From Gemmatimonadota bacterium (GTDB lineage Bacteria; Gemmatimonadota; Gemmatimonadetes; Palauibacterales; Palauibacteraceae): a stretch of 64,000 bases of DNA. The stretch's first letter is position 1, and each line of letters begins with the position of its first letter. Under the pieces are notes generated by a model. The model did not search any database. It was given only the letters and a program-made list of their open reading frames with translations, and was not told where the DNA came from. The translations under genes were made by a program, and so were the position numbers. The stretch covers positions 2,176,001 through 2,240,000 of the forward strand of contig OZ220691.1 of the NCBI GenBank assembly GCA_965116475.1. The letters are read 5' to 3'. Below, piece by piece: positions 10,090-18,527 of the stretch.

Positions 10090-11175
10090 TCAGATCCTGA
10101 TGTAGATGCGGCGGCGGTGGAGGAGCCACATCACGCCCAGCCAGAAGGTGACCTGGGCCAATGCCATGGCGAGCGAGCCACCGTAGTCGCCCGCCCATGA
10201 CCGGAACGCGTTCTCGTACAGCCACGCGCTCAGCGGCACGCCCCCGTCGCCCCCCACACGGATCCGGACCAGCATCTTGGCGAACATGCCGGAGGCGACG
10301 AACACGGCGATCGAGTTCATCCCGTACACGACGAGCGGCGTCACCCACGCCCCGCGCATCCGCTTCACGTCGATCGCCCAGTACATGGCGCCGAACAGGA
10401 GGAGCGCCGTACCGGCCGTGAAGAGCACGTAGGAACTCGACCACAGGTTCTTGTTGATCGGGAACACCACGTCCCACAGGAATCCCAGCACGACCAGCCA
10501 GGCGCCGACGACCCACATGCCGCGCGAGATCTCGCCGCCGGAGCGGTCCGACCGCAGCCATTCGCCGCAGAAAATCCCCAGCAGACACGTCCCGATGGCC
10601 GGGAGCGTCGAGAGGAGTCCCTCCGGGTCCCACGTCCCCTGCCACAGCCGGTCTCCCATGAGGAACCGGTCGATGCGGGCCCCGAGATTCCCGTCCGGCG
10701 TCAGGTCCCCCGCGACGAGGGCCCAGTACCCGAGGAGGAGGATTCCTACGGCGGCCCACCGCACGCGCGCGGACCCCCACAGGTAGAGCGCGGCCGCCGC
10801 GCAGTACACGAGTCCGATCCGCTGCAGCACGCCGTAGAGGCGCATGTCGAACAGGTCGAAGTCGGGAATCGCCCGCATCGCGAATCCCAGCCCGATCAGG
10901 ATGAGCGACCGCCGGACCACGTGCCGGAACAGCCGGCCCCGGCCCGCCCCCTCGGCGAGGCGGCGCGAGAATGAGAAGGGGATCGCGACCCCGACGATGA
11001 AGAGGAAGTAGGGGAAGATGAGATCGGTGGGCGTCCACCCGTGCCATTCGGCGTGGGCGAGCGGCGCGTAGACGTAGCTCCAACTGCCGGGATTGTTGAC
11101 GAGAATCATCGCCGCGATCGTCAGGCCCCGGAACGCGTCGAGCGAGACGACCCGCCCGCCTGTCGGTTCGGTCAT
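10090..11175 (-). CDS. heparan-alpha-glucosaminide N-acetyltransferase-like membrane acyltransferase (HGSNAT/DUF5009 type)
   Basis: SLDAFRGLTIAAMILVNNPG, HAEWHGWTPTDLIFPYFLFIVG, GVLQRI, DPEGLLST, PINKNLWSSS. Confidence 0.92.
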   Translation of the reverse strand: MTEPTGGRVVSLDAFRGLTIAAMILVNNPGSWSYVYAPLAHAEWHGWTPTDLIFPYFLFIVGVAIPFSFSRRLAEGAGRGRLFRHVVRRSLILIGLGFAMRAIPDFDLFDMRLYGVLQRIGLVYCAAAALYLWGSARVRWAAVGILLLGYWALVAGDLTPDGNLGARIDRFLMGDRLWQGTWDPEGLLSTLPAIGTCLLGIFCGEWLRSDRSGGEISRGMWVVGAWLVVLGFLWDVVFPINKNLWSSSYVLFTAGTALLLFGAMYWAIDVKRMRGAWVTPLVVYGMNSIAVFVASGMFAKMLVRIRVGGDGGVPLSAWLYENAFRSWAGDYGGSLAMALAQVTFWLGVMWLLHRRRIYIRI

Positions 11176-11201
11176 GACGAACCCCGTGCTGTGCTGGCGG
11201 C

Positions 11202-14048
11202 CTACTTGCGGAAGCGGTCCCCGCCGCGACTCCTGCCACCCCCGCTGGCCATCGAGCGGTTCCCGAGATACCAGGTGAAGTTCAGCATCACGTACTGCGT
11301 GAGCGACTCGACCCGGCGCTCCTGGATGAAGCCGGGCGAATTCGTGTAAGTGACCCCCTGATTCTGGCCCAGAAGGTCGAACGCCACCAGTCGGATCTCG
11401 GCCTGGTCATTGAGGATGCGCCGCTGCAGGGAAGCCTCCCACAGCGCGACGTTCCGCCCCGGGCCGAACAGATCCTGGTCGTAGAGCCGCCACTGGAATT
11501 CCGTACCCAGCGTCCAGGCCCCGAGGTAGAAGTCCGCGCTTCCGTACAGCGTGGAGTTGACGTAGTCCTCGTTCAACTCCTCGTTCAGGGAATAGCTGAC
11601 GTCGCTGAGCGTCAGCTTGGCGCCGCCGCGCACGTCGTAGTCCTCCTTGGCGCGGTTCTCAAGTTCGACCCCGAACGTATGCTCCAGCGACCGGCTCCGG
11701 TTCTCCACCTGGTTCACGAACTCGTTCGAGCTGAAGTAGCCCAGGTTGTAGTTCAGGTCCACCTGCCCGCCCATCCAGCGCAGCGGCCGCCCGAAACTCG
11801 CGCCGCCGTTCGCCGACCACGCATTCCCGAGGTTGACGGGCGAGATCGTCTGGAGCCCGCGCTCGGTCACCGTTCGGGACTGGGCGATGTCGTTCGTCGT
11901 GACGCTGACGTTCGCCCACGTGAACAGGTTGACGAAGCTGAAGGTGTCGAAGAAACGGTATTCCGTCCGCAGGCGGTGCGTGTATTCGGGCTGCAGGTCC
12001 GGGTTCCCCATCCGGATCCGAAGCGGATCGCGGTTGTCGACGAAAGGCTGGAGATCCGTCATGCGCGGTTCCCGCGTCGATGTCGTATACCGGAACTGGA
12101 GGGTGCGCATGTCGTCGAGCTGCAGCCGGTACTCGGCGTTGGGCAGCACGTGCGTGTACCCGTTGGCGATCTCCTCGCTCCGGTCGAGGATCGTGCCCTC
12201 CAGGTTCGAGCCCTGCAGGCGCATTCCGAGCACGAACCGCCCGGCCTCGCTCGTGCGGTTGAAGCGAAAGCCCCCGCGCAGGTAGCTGTACGTCCGCTCG
12301 AACCCCGAGGTGAGCAGGGGGTTCAGCGTGCGGCCGTCCGGCCCGATGTCGAACACCGACTGGTTCTCGTCCTCGGCGGTCGCGCTCCGCTCGCCGTAGA
12401 CCTCGAGCATGGATTCCCAGGGCATGGGCTGGGTCATCGAGAGGCGGACGGAGTGCGTCAGCGTCTGTCCGAGATTCGTCTGTTCCTGCAGCACGTCGCC
12501 GGCCTGCGCCCTCGGGTTCTCCACGTTGCCTTCGATGGACGACGCGAGGTTCGTCAGGCGGTCGGAGTCGCTGAGGTTCACCCGGGCCTCCGCGAAGAGG
12601 CTCCGCCCGCTGTCGTCGAGCCGCTTGCGCCACGTGAGACGGGCATCGCCGCCCAGGTCGTCGCCGTCCACGTCGTAGTTCGTCGCCGCGGCCGTGAGAA
12701 ACTGCCCGGTGCCGGAGCGCGTGTCCTGGAAGTCGACGCGGTCGAGGAGGGAGGTGCGCGCGTTCAGATTCCCGCGCAGCCGCAGTTCGTGGCCCTCGGC
12801 GAGCGTGAACTGGGAGTTCAGGTTGACGCGGTGCGACGAGTTTTCGGTGTCCGTGCGCGTGGCCCGGTCGACGAGCGATGAGGCGCTCGTGCCGAGGAGT
12901 TGCTCCTGCTGTCGCGTTTCGTTCTGGAAGTTGTCGAGCGTGCTGATGCGATAGCTCGTCCGGATCCAGTGGTCGTCGTTCCCGCCGAAGTCGTGGTTGA
13001 CGTTGAACGCCAGCATGCGGGTCTCGGTGAGCCCGTCGTCGCCTCCGCCGCCGCGGCCGAAATCCCGTCCGCCGAACGACATCGCGTCGCCCCACCCGAA
13101 CCCGGCCTGGTTCACGTTGTTCGCGCTACCGAGGAGGGCAAGCTGCGTAGTGGGCGAAAAGCGGTTGATCGATACGGCGCCGGCGTACGGAATCCCGCCC
13201 GCCACCGTCCCGGATTCGCCGCCGGCCAGCCGCCGCGCGGCCGCCGACTCGCCGAAGCCCGGCGCCGCGGACGCGTTGTCCACGTCCGCCCCGAGTCCGC
13301 CCGACGTGCGGCCGAAGTAGCCCGCCCGCGCCTCTTCCTTGAGCTCGAGGTTGATCGTCCGCTCTTCCTCGCCATCGGCGATGCCCGTGAACTCGGCCAT
13401 GTCCGATTCTTTGTCGTACACCTCCACCTTCTCCACGGCCTCGGCGGGCAGGTTCTGGGTCGCCATCGTGGGGTCGCCGCCGAAGAACTCCCTCCCGTCG
13501 ACGAGCACGTTCTCGACCTCTTCGCCCTGCGCCGTGATCGATCCGTCGGTCTCGACCTCGATGCCCGGAAGCTGGCGCAGGAGGTCCTCCACCGTGGCGT
13601 TGGGCCGCGTCCGGAAGGCGAGCGCGTTGTAGCCGAGCGTGTCCCGCCGGTTCAGGAAGGGCACGTGGTCGAGGGTGACGACGAGCGGGTCCACCTCCAC
13701 CGCCATCACCTCGAGGTTGATCGTGCCGACGTTCACGTCTTCGCCGGTGAGGGAGAGGTCCTGCCGCACCGTGCCGTATCCGAGCAGGGTGACCTGCAGG
13801 ATGTATTCCCCGGGTCCGAGATCTCCGAGGGCGAAGACGCCGTCGCCGTTGGAGGTCGTGAAGCGGGTGAGAACCGAGTCGGGTTTCGCCAGCGCCACGA
13901 CCATGGCGCCGTTGAGCCCCGCGCCGTCCGTGTCGGCGATCACGCCGCTCACCGTGTATTCGGCCTGGGCTTCGGCGGGCCGGGGCGAGAACGCCGCGAC
14001 CAGCAACCCGGCCGCCAGCAGCGCCAGGGTCGGCGCGGGCCGCCTCAT
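11202..14048 (-). CDS. outer-membrane beta-barrel protein with N-terminal carboxypeptidase-regulatory-like domain (Bacteroidota TBDR-like)
   Basis: Real start MRRPAPT with signal peptide; DTLGYNA, VEDLLRQLPGIEV, VLVDGREFFGGDP, GNPDLQPE, YVMLNFTW. Confidence 0.85.
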   Translation of the reverse strand: MRRPAPTLALLAAGLLVAAFSPRPAEAQAEYTVSGVIADTDGAGLNGAMVVALAKPDSVLTRFTTSNGDGVFALGDLGPGEYILQVTLLGYGTVRQDLSLTGEDVNVGTINLEVMAVEVDPLVVTLDHVPFLNRRDTLGYNALAFRTRPNATVEDLLRQLPGIEVETDGSITAQGEEVENVLVDGREFFGGDPTMATQNLPAEAVEKVEVYDKESDMAEFTGIADGEEERTINLELKEEARAGYFGRTSGGLGADVDNASAAPGFGESAAARRLAGGESGTVAGGIPYAGAVSINRFSPTTQLALLGSANNVNQAGFGWGDAMSFGGRDFGRGGGGDDGLTETRMLAFNVNHDFGGNDDHWIRTSYRISTLDNFQNETRQQEQLLGTSASSLVDRATRTDTENSSHRVNLNSQFTLAEGHELRLRGNLNARTSLLDRVDFQDTRSGTGQFLTAAATNYDVDGDDLGGDARLTWRKRLDDSGRSLFAEARVNLSDSDRLTNLASSIEGNVENPRAQAGDVLQEQTNLGQTLTHSVRLSMTQPMPWESMLEVYGERSATAEDENQSVFDIGPDGRTLNPLLTSGFERTYSYLRGGFRFNRTSEAGRFVLGMRLQGSNLEGTILDRSEEIANGYTHVLPNAEYRLQLDDMRTLQFRYTTSTREPRMTDLQPFVDNRDPLRIRMGNPDLQPEYTHRLRTEYRFFDTFSFVNLFTWANVSVTTNDIAQSRTVTERGLQTISPVNLGNAWSANGGASFGRPLRWMGGQVDLNYNLGYFSSNEFVNQVENRSRSLEHTFGVELENRAKEDYDVRGGAKLTLSDVSYSLNEELNEDYVNSTLYGSADFYLGAWTLGTEFQWRLYDQDLFGPGRNVALWEASLQRRILNDQAEIRLVAFDLLGQNQGVTYTNSPGFIQERRVESLTQYVMLNFTWYLGNRSMASGGGRSRGGDRFRK

Positions 14049-14893
14049 CGGAGCCCCCCGTCGAACGGACGACGCCGGTTGCCGGCCCCGCGCGTGGCCC
14101 GGATTTCTTCGATTTTCTCCGCCACGAGGGCTTCGTACTCCTCGCGCGTGACCATTTCCCCCTCCGTCGGCGGGGTGATCGTGACGTCGCCGAGACCGTC
14201 GAGATTCACCTCGGTCGCCGAGTAGAGGAGGTGTCCGCCGTCGATCGAGAGCACGAGGATGAGGCCGGGAAGCCCGCCGTACTCGCCGGGGCCCGCCTGC
14301 ACCGGGATCTGAGGCGTGAACCAGGCTTCGATCTCCGCCCCGTCGTGGACGGTCGTCGCCTGCTGCACCATGTAACCGAGGAACTCGCGCTGCTCGGTGC
14401 CGAGCTTCCACGCATACGCGGGCCGGTCTCCGGAGATCAGGAACGTGCGCCCCATGAACTCGCGCGTCTCCGTGACCGCGCCGCTCCCGAAGTCCACATA
14501 GGCCTGGAGCAGGTCCTCCTGGTCCGTGCGCGAGGCCGATCCCATTCGGAGCCGCAGCGCCATCCCGAGCGCGCGGCGGTCCATTCGGTCCGAGTCGCCG
14601 GGGCCGCGTCGGGGCGTCGCTTCCTCCTCGGCCGGATCCGGCGTCATGATCGATCGGGATCCGTCGAAGAGGAGGACCATGGAGGCCGTGCTCTGCGCCG
14701 CGATCCGGTCGCGCAAGGCCGCCCACCGCTCGGGTACTTCGAAGTCGTACTGCACCGAGCGCAGGTAGTGGACATGGCCCGCCTGCGCCGCCTGCGCGCC
14801 GAGCGCCGCCGGCCCAAAGCCCCAGAGGGCGCCGGGAAGGGCCGCCAGAAGAAAAAGTCGAAACCGCCGCAGAAATCGTCGTCGTGTACTCAT
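14045..14893 (-). CDS. GLPGLI family protein
   Basis: WKLGTEQREFLGY, AWFTPQIPVQAGPGEYGGLPGLIL; N-terminal export signal; ATGA-coupled to the barrel gene; alternative start 14923. Confidence 0.9.
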   Translation of the reverse strand: MSTRRRFLRRFRLFLLAALPGALWGFGPAALGAQAAQAGHVHYLRSVQYDFEVPERWAALRDRIAAQSTASMVLLFDGSRSIMTPDPAEEEATPRRGPGDSDRMDRRALGMALRLRMGSASRTDQEDLLQAYVDFGSGAVTETREFMGRTFLISGDRPAYAWKLGTEQREFLGYMVQQATTVHDGAEIEAWFTPQIPVQAGPGEYGGLPGLILVLSIDGGHLLYSATEVNLDGLGDVTITPPTEGEMVTREEYEALVAEKIEEIRATRGAGNRRRPFDGGLR

Positions 14894-14998
14894 GGCACCC
14901 GCTGCCTGTCGTCCGTCCTTCATCCATTAGATCGGACACACGGCGCCACGGTCACGTTGTAGAGGGCGCCGCACGACGAGGAGAAGCGGCCCGCGGCG

Positions 14999-16219
14999 TC
15001 AGGACCAGAGTGTCGAAATCGGTGCGGCGGCCAGGCGGGGGCCGAAGGGGGTCGTGTGGTCGTGGTCGTGAAGAACCAGGCCCTGCGCGAAGCGATCGCC
15101 ACAGGCGGCCTTGAGGCGCTCAAGACCGGCGAAATCGCGACGTGAGACCGTGGCGGATGCCTTGACCTCGATCCCGACCACTCTGCCGTGCCCATCTTCC
15201 AGGACGACATCGACCTCGTTGCCCTGCTTGTCCCGGAAGTGAGAGAACCTGCAGGGATCGTCGATCCAGCCGGCGAGCTTCAGGAGCTCGCCGAAAACGA
15301 AAGTCTCCAGCAACGGCCCGAGACGCGTTCGATCCCGACCGAGGAGTTCCGGCGATTGCTGCCCCCAGGACGCGAGCAGCCCCGAGTCCAGGAAGTGCAG
15401 CTTCGGGGTCTTCAGGAGCCGCTTCAAGGCGTTCGAATACCAGGGCTGCAGCGTCCGAACGAGGAACAGGTCTTCGAGCACGCCGACGTACTTGCGGATG
15501 GTGACGTGGTTCATGCCCAGCGCCGAGCCGAAGCCAGAGTAGTTCACGAGTCGCCCGGAATGTTCGGCCAGAACGCGCAGGAGTTTCGGCATGGACTGCA
15601 GTTGATCGACGCGGGCGACGTCGCGGACATCCCGTTGCAGGATCGCGTCGACGTAGTTCAGGTGCCAGCGGCGGCGACGACGCCAGGTCGAGCGAGTCAG
15701 CGCCTCGGGATACCCTCCGGCGAGAACGATATCCAGGAGATCGGCACCCACGACGGGGTTGGCGGCGACAGGAGCGTCGCCCGCGAATGCGCGCTCCAGG
15801 AATCCGGGTCGGGTTCCTCGAAGCTCCGCCTGAGCGAGGGGCAGGAGACGAATGGTCTCCATGCGACCCGCGAGGGAATCCGCGACGCGGGGCAGCGTCA
15901 TCAGGTTCGCGGATCCGGTGAGCAGGAAACGTCCCGGCCGAGGATCGGTGTCTACGGCGGTCTTGATCGCAAGCAGGAGTTCCGGGACGCGCTGGATCTC
16001 ATCGATTACGGCTCGGTCGAGGCCACGCACGAAGCCGGTCGGATCGGTCGCGGCGGCATTGAGAGTGATGCTGTCGTCGAGTGTGAAGAAAGGGATTTCC
16101 GTGCGCGCGATCTGCTGCGCCAGCGTGGTTTTGCCGGATTGGCGGGGACCGCATAGCAACACGACTCGCGTATCCGCGAGTGCCTCCACGATTCGGTCTT
16201 CAACGAAACGAGGATACAG
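14999..16219 (-). CDS. AAA_14 ATPase + wHTH + DUF4143/PD-(D/E)XK nuclease-like protein
   Basis: GPRQSGKTT, IDEIQR, LLTGSAN, GGYPE, KLHFLDSGL, EVDVV...GIEVK; start placed at CTG 16219 (YPRFVE...) after GGAGG; first canonical start is GTG 16189. Confidence 0.9.
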   Translation of the reverse strand: MYPRFVEDRIVEALADTRVVLLCGPRQSGKTTLAQQIARTEIPFFTLDDSITLNAAATDPTGFVRGLDRAVIDEIQRVPELLLAIKTAVDTDPRPGRFLLTGSANLMTLPRVADSLAGRMETIRLLPLAQAELRGTRPGFLERAFAGDAPVAANPVVGADLLDIVLAGGYPEALTRSTWRRRRRWHLNYVDAILQRDVRDVARVDQLQSMPKLLRVLAEHSGRLVNYSGFGSALGMNHVTIRKYVGVLEDLFLVRTLQPWYSNALKRLLKTPKLHFLDSGLLASWGQQSPELLGRDRTRLGPLLETFVFGELLKLAGWIDDPCRFSHFRDKQGNEVDVVLEDGHGRVVGIEVKASATVSRRDFAGLERLKAACGDRFAQGLVLHDHDHTTPFGPRLAAAPISTLWS

Positions 16220-16253
16220 AATTTCAGTCCTCCCGCGCTAACGTCGAAATCCC

Positions 16254-16332
16254 TGACCGATTGAAAATTTGTCGATGACTAATTGAAAGTATGATCGCGA
16301 CCAATTGAAAATCAAGCTGTGTCCATCTGAAA
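16254..16332. repeat. four iteron-like 13-bp direct repeats with exact 22-bp period
   Basis: TGACCGATTGAAA 16254, TGACTAATTGAAA 16276, CGACCAATTGAAA 16298, TGTCCATCTGAAA 16320; AT-rich island. Confidence 0.88.
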
Positions 16333-16335
16333 AGA

Positions 16336-17691
16336 TCAGGGCGCGTCGATGGCCACGCGGCGCACCTCCCGGCCGAGGACTTGCCGCAGGCGGGCGAAGA
16401 GGAGGACGGCCACCGCGGCGAGTCCGGCGGCCAGGCCCCACCACAGGCCGCGCGGGCCCCAGTCGGCGCGGAAGGCGAGCAAGTAGCTCACCGGCACGCC
16501 GAGCAGCCAGAAGCCGAGGGCGTTGACGAGGAAGGGTGTGAAGGTGTTGCCGGCGCCGCGCAGCACGCCGGCCGCGACGGTCTGGAGGCCGTCGGCGACC
16601 TGGAAGACGCCGGCGATCGGGATCAGGGATGCGGCGATCGCGATGACCGCGAGGTCGTGCGAGTAGAGGCCGGCCCAGAAGCGCGGGAAGGCGAGAAACG
16701 CGCCCGCGGTCGCGAGCATGAAGACGCCGCTGAGCTGGATCCCCGCGGCGGCGGCCCGGCGAGCTCCGTCCATGTCCTCACGTCCGACCGCGTGGCCGAC
16801 GCGGACGGCGGAAGCGGCCGCGATCCCGAACGGGACCATGAAGGTGAGCGCGGCGAGGTTGAGCGCGATCTGGTGCCCCGCCATCGGCTCGGTGCCCAGC
16901 CAGCCCATCATGACGCCGATCACGGCGAACGCGCCGAACTCGAGTTGCTGCTGGAAGCCGATCGGAGTGCCGAGCCGCACCATGCGCACGAGCGCGCGCC
17001 GGTCGAGCGCCTCGCGCCGGAACCGGCCCAGATAGGGACGCATGGAGGGCCAGGACAGCCAGAGCAGCGCGGCCGCCATGCACCAGCGCGCGAGGCTCGA
17101 TCCCCACGCCGAGCCCACCGCCCCCAACTGCGGCACCCCGAGATTGCCGTAGATCAGCACCCAGTTGAGGAAGGCGTTGAGGAGGTTCGCGCCCGCGATC
17201 GTCCACACGATCGGTGCCACCCGGTGCATCGCCTGCAGGCTCTGCCGGAGTACGACGAACGCGTAGAAGGGGAGCATCCCGAGGATCGACCCCAGCGCGT
17301 ATCCCCCGGCCACCGGCACGACATCCGCGGGTTGCCGCAGGAGGGCGAAGATGCGTGCGGCGGGCAGGAAGAGCAGGGAGGTGATCGCCGTCAGAAAAAG
17401 GGTGAGGACGAGCGCCCGCTGAATCCCCCGGGCGGCGGCTTCATGGTCGCCCGCCGCGACGCCCTGCGCGACGATGGGATCGAGGGACATCAACACGCCC
17501 ATCCCGAACACGGCGATCTGGAAGAAGTAGATGTTGCCCAGGCCGACGGCGGCGAGATCGGTCGCCGACAGGTGGCCGACCATGAGCGTGTCCACGACGC
17601 CCATCATCATGATGCCGACCTGGACGGTCACGATCGGGAGGGCCAGTTCCAGCATGCTCGCGAGGTCCGCGCGGCGGAGGGTGAGGTTCAT
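16336..17691 (-). CDS. MATE family efflux transporter (NorM-like)
   Basis: LALPIV, VDTLMVGHL, GNLGVPQLGAVG, VRVGHAVG, FQVADGLQ, GVLRGAG. Confidence 0.93.
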   Translation of the reverse strand: MNLTLRRADLASMLELALPIVTVQVGIMMMGVVDTLMVGHLSATDLAAVGLGNIYFFQIAVFGMGVLMSLDPIVAQGVAAGDHEAAARGIQRALVLTLFLTAITSLLFLPAARIFALLRQPADVVPVAGGYALGSILGMLPFYAFVVLRQSLQAMHRVAPIVWTIAGANLLNAFLNWVLIYGNLGVPQLGAVGSAWGSSLARWCMAAALLWLSWPSMRPYLGRFRREALDRRALVRMVRLGTPIGFQQQLEFGAFAVIGVMMGWLGTEPMAGHQIALNLAALTFMVPFGIAAASAVRVGHAVGREDMDGARRAAAAGIQLSGVFMLATAGAFLAFPRFWAGLYSHDLAVIAIAASLIPIAGVFQVADGLQTVAAGVLRGAGNTFTPFLVNALGFWLLGVPVSYLLAFRADWGPRGLWWGLAAGLAAVAVLLFARLRQVLGREVRRVAIDAP

Positions 17692-17751
17692 CGCGCCATC
17701 ATCGCCGGGCGTCTCGTGGCGCGCAAATCCCTGCGGGTCCGCGGAATTCCG

Positions 17752-17780
17752 TTGCCGCCCCGCAGCGCCGCGGATAGACT
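17752..17780 (+). promoter_or_regulatory. putative sigma70 promoter for the MBL hydrolase gene
   Basis: TTGCCG 17752-17757, 17 bp, TAGACT 17775-17780. Confidence 0.5.
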
Positions 17781-17810
17781 CCGCCTCACCCGCTCCGAGG
17801 GCCGGAAGCG

Positions 17811-17875
17811 GGCAGGACCGAGGGGCAGGACCGAGGGACAAGACCGAGGGGCAAGATCGAGGGGGCAGGATCGAG
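17811..17875 (+). repeat. degenerate 13-bp tandem repeat x5 (GGCAGGACCGAGG)
   Basis: Units at 17811, 17824, 17837, 17850 and ~17864. Confidence 0.85.
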
Positions 17876-18520
17876 ATTCTGACTTTTGCGGGCGGGCCGT
17901 TCGTGCAGAACACGCTGCTCGTGGTCTGTGAGGACGGCCGCACGGGGCTGCTGGTCGACCCCGGCGCCGCGACACCCGAGGCGCTGGCCGAGGCGCGCGC
18001 CCGCGACCTGGACATCGCGGCGCTCCTCGTCACGCACGCCCACCTGGATCACATCGACGGCCTCAAGGAGGCGAAGGCGGAGACGGGGGCGCCGATCTAC
18101 CTGCACCCGCTGGACCGCCCGCTCTACGACAACATCGCGAACCAGGCCCTCGTGTTCGGCGTGCCGTATGTGGAGCCGCCGCCGCCCGACATCGACCTGG
18201 TCCCCGGCACGAACATCGCCTTCGGCGGCTCGGAATTCGAAGTCGTGTTTGCGCCTGGCCACGCGCCGGGGCACGTGATGTTCGTCTCGACGTCGCACCC
18301 CGTGGCGATCGTGGGGGATGTGATCTTCCGCGGGTCGATCGGGAGGACGGACCTCCCGAACGGGGACTACGGCGTCCTCATGGAGTCCATCCGGACGCAG
18401 GTGCTGACGCTACCTCCCGAGACCCGCCTCTACCCGGGTCACGGCCTCGAGACCACCGTGGCACTGGAGCGCGACACCAACCCCTTCGTCCTCCAGCTCC
18501 ACGGCGGCCGCTGGGTCTAG
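17870..18520 (+). CDS. MBL-fold metallo-hydrolase (glyoxalase II/YcbL-like); start codon uncertain
   Basis: LVDPG, THAHLDHIDG, PGHAPGH, GDVIFRGSIGRTDLP, YPGHG. Confidence 0.9.
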   Translation: MEILTFAGGPFVQNTLLVVCEDGRTGLLVDPGAATPEALAEARARDLDIAALLVTHAHLDHIDGLKEAKAETGAPIYLHPLDRPLYDNIANQALVFGVPYVEPPPPDIDLVPGTNIAFGGSEFEVVFAPGHAPGHVMFVSTSHPVAIVGDVIFRGSIGRTDLPNGDYGVLMESIRTQVLTLPPETRLYPGHGLETTVALERDTNPFVLQLHGGRWV

Positions 18521-18527
18521 CAGCCCG

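Noticed and set aside
11202..14939. 1245-aa ORF as one protein
   Set aside because: The first ~300 aa overlap the GLPGLI gene in another frame; the real start is 14048. Similar false N-terminal extensions occur at 33673, 42859, 53896 and 60551.
14940..16340. IS/transposon with terminal repeats around the AAA gene
   Set aside because: No transposase, terminal inverted repeats or convincing target-site duplication (only a shared TCAGG at two stop codons)
16254..16341. CRISPR mini-array
   Set aside because: 13-bp degenerate repeats with 9-bp spacers are far too short, and there are no cas genes in the window; better explained as protein-binding repeats
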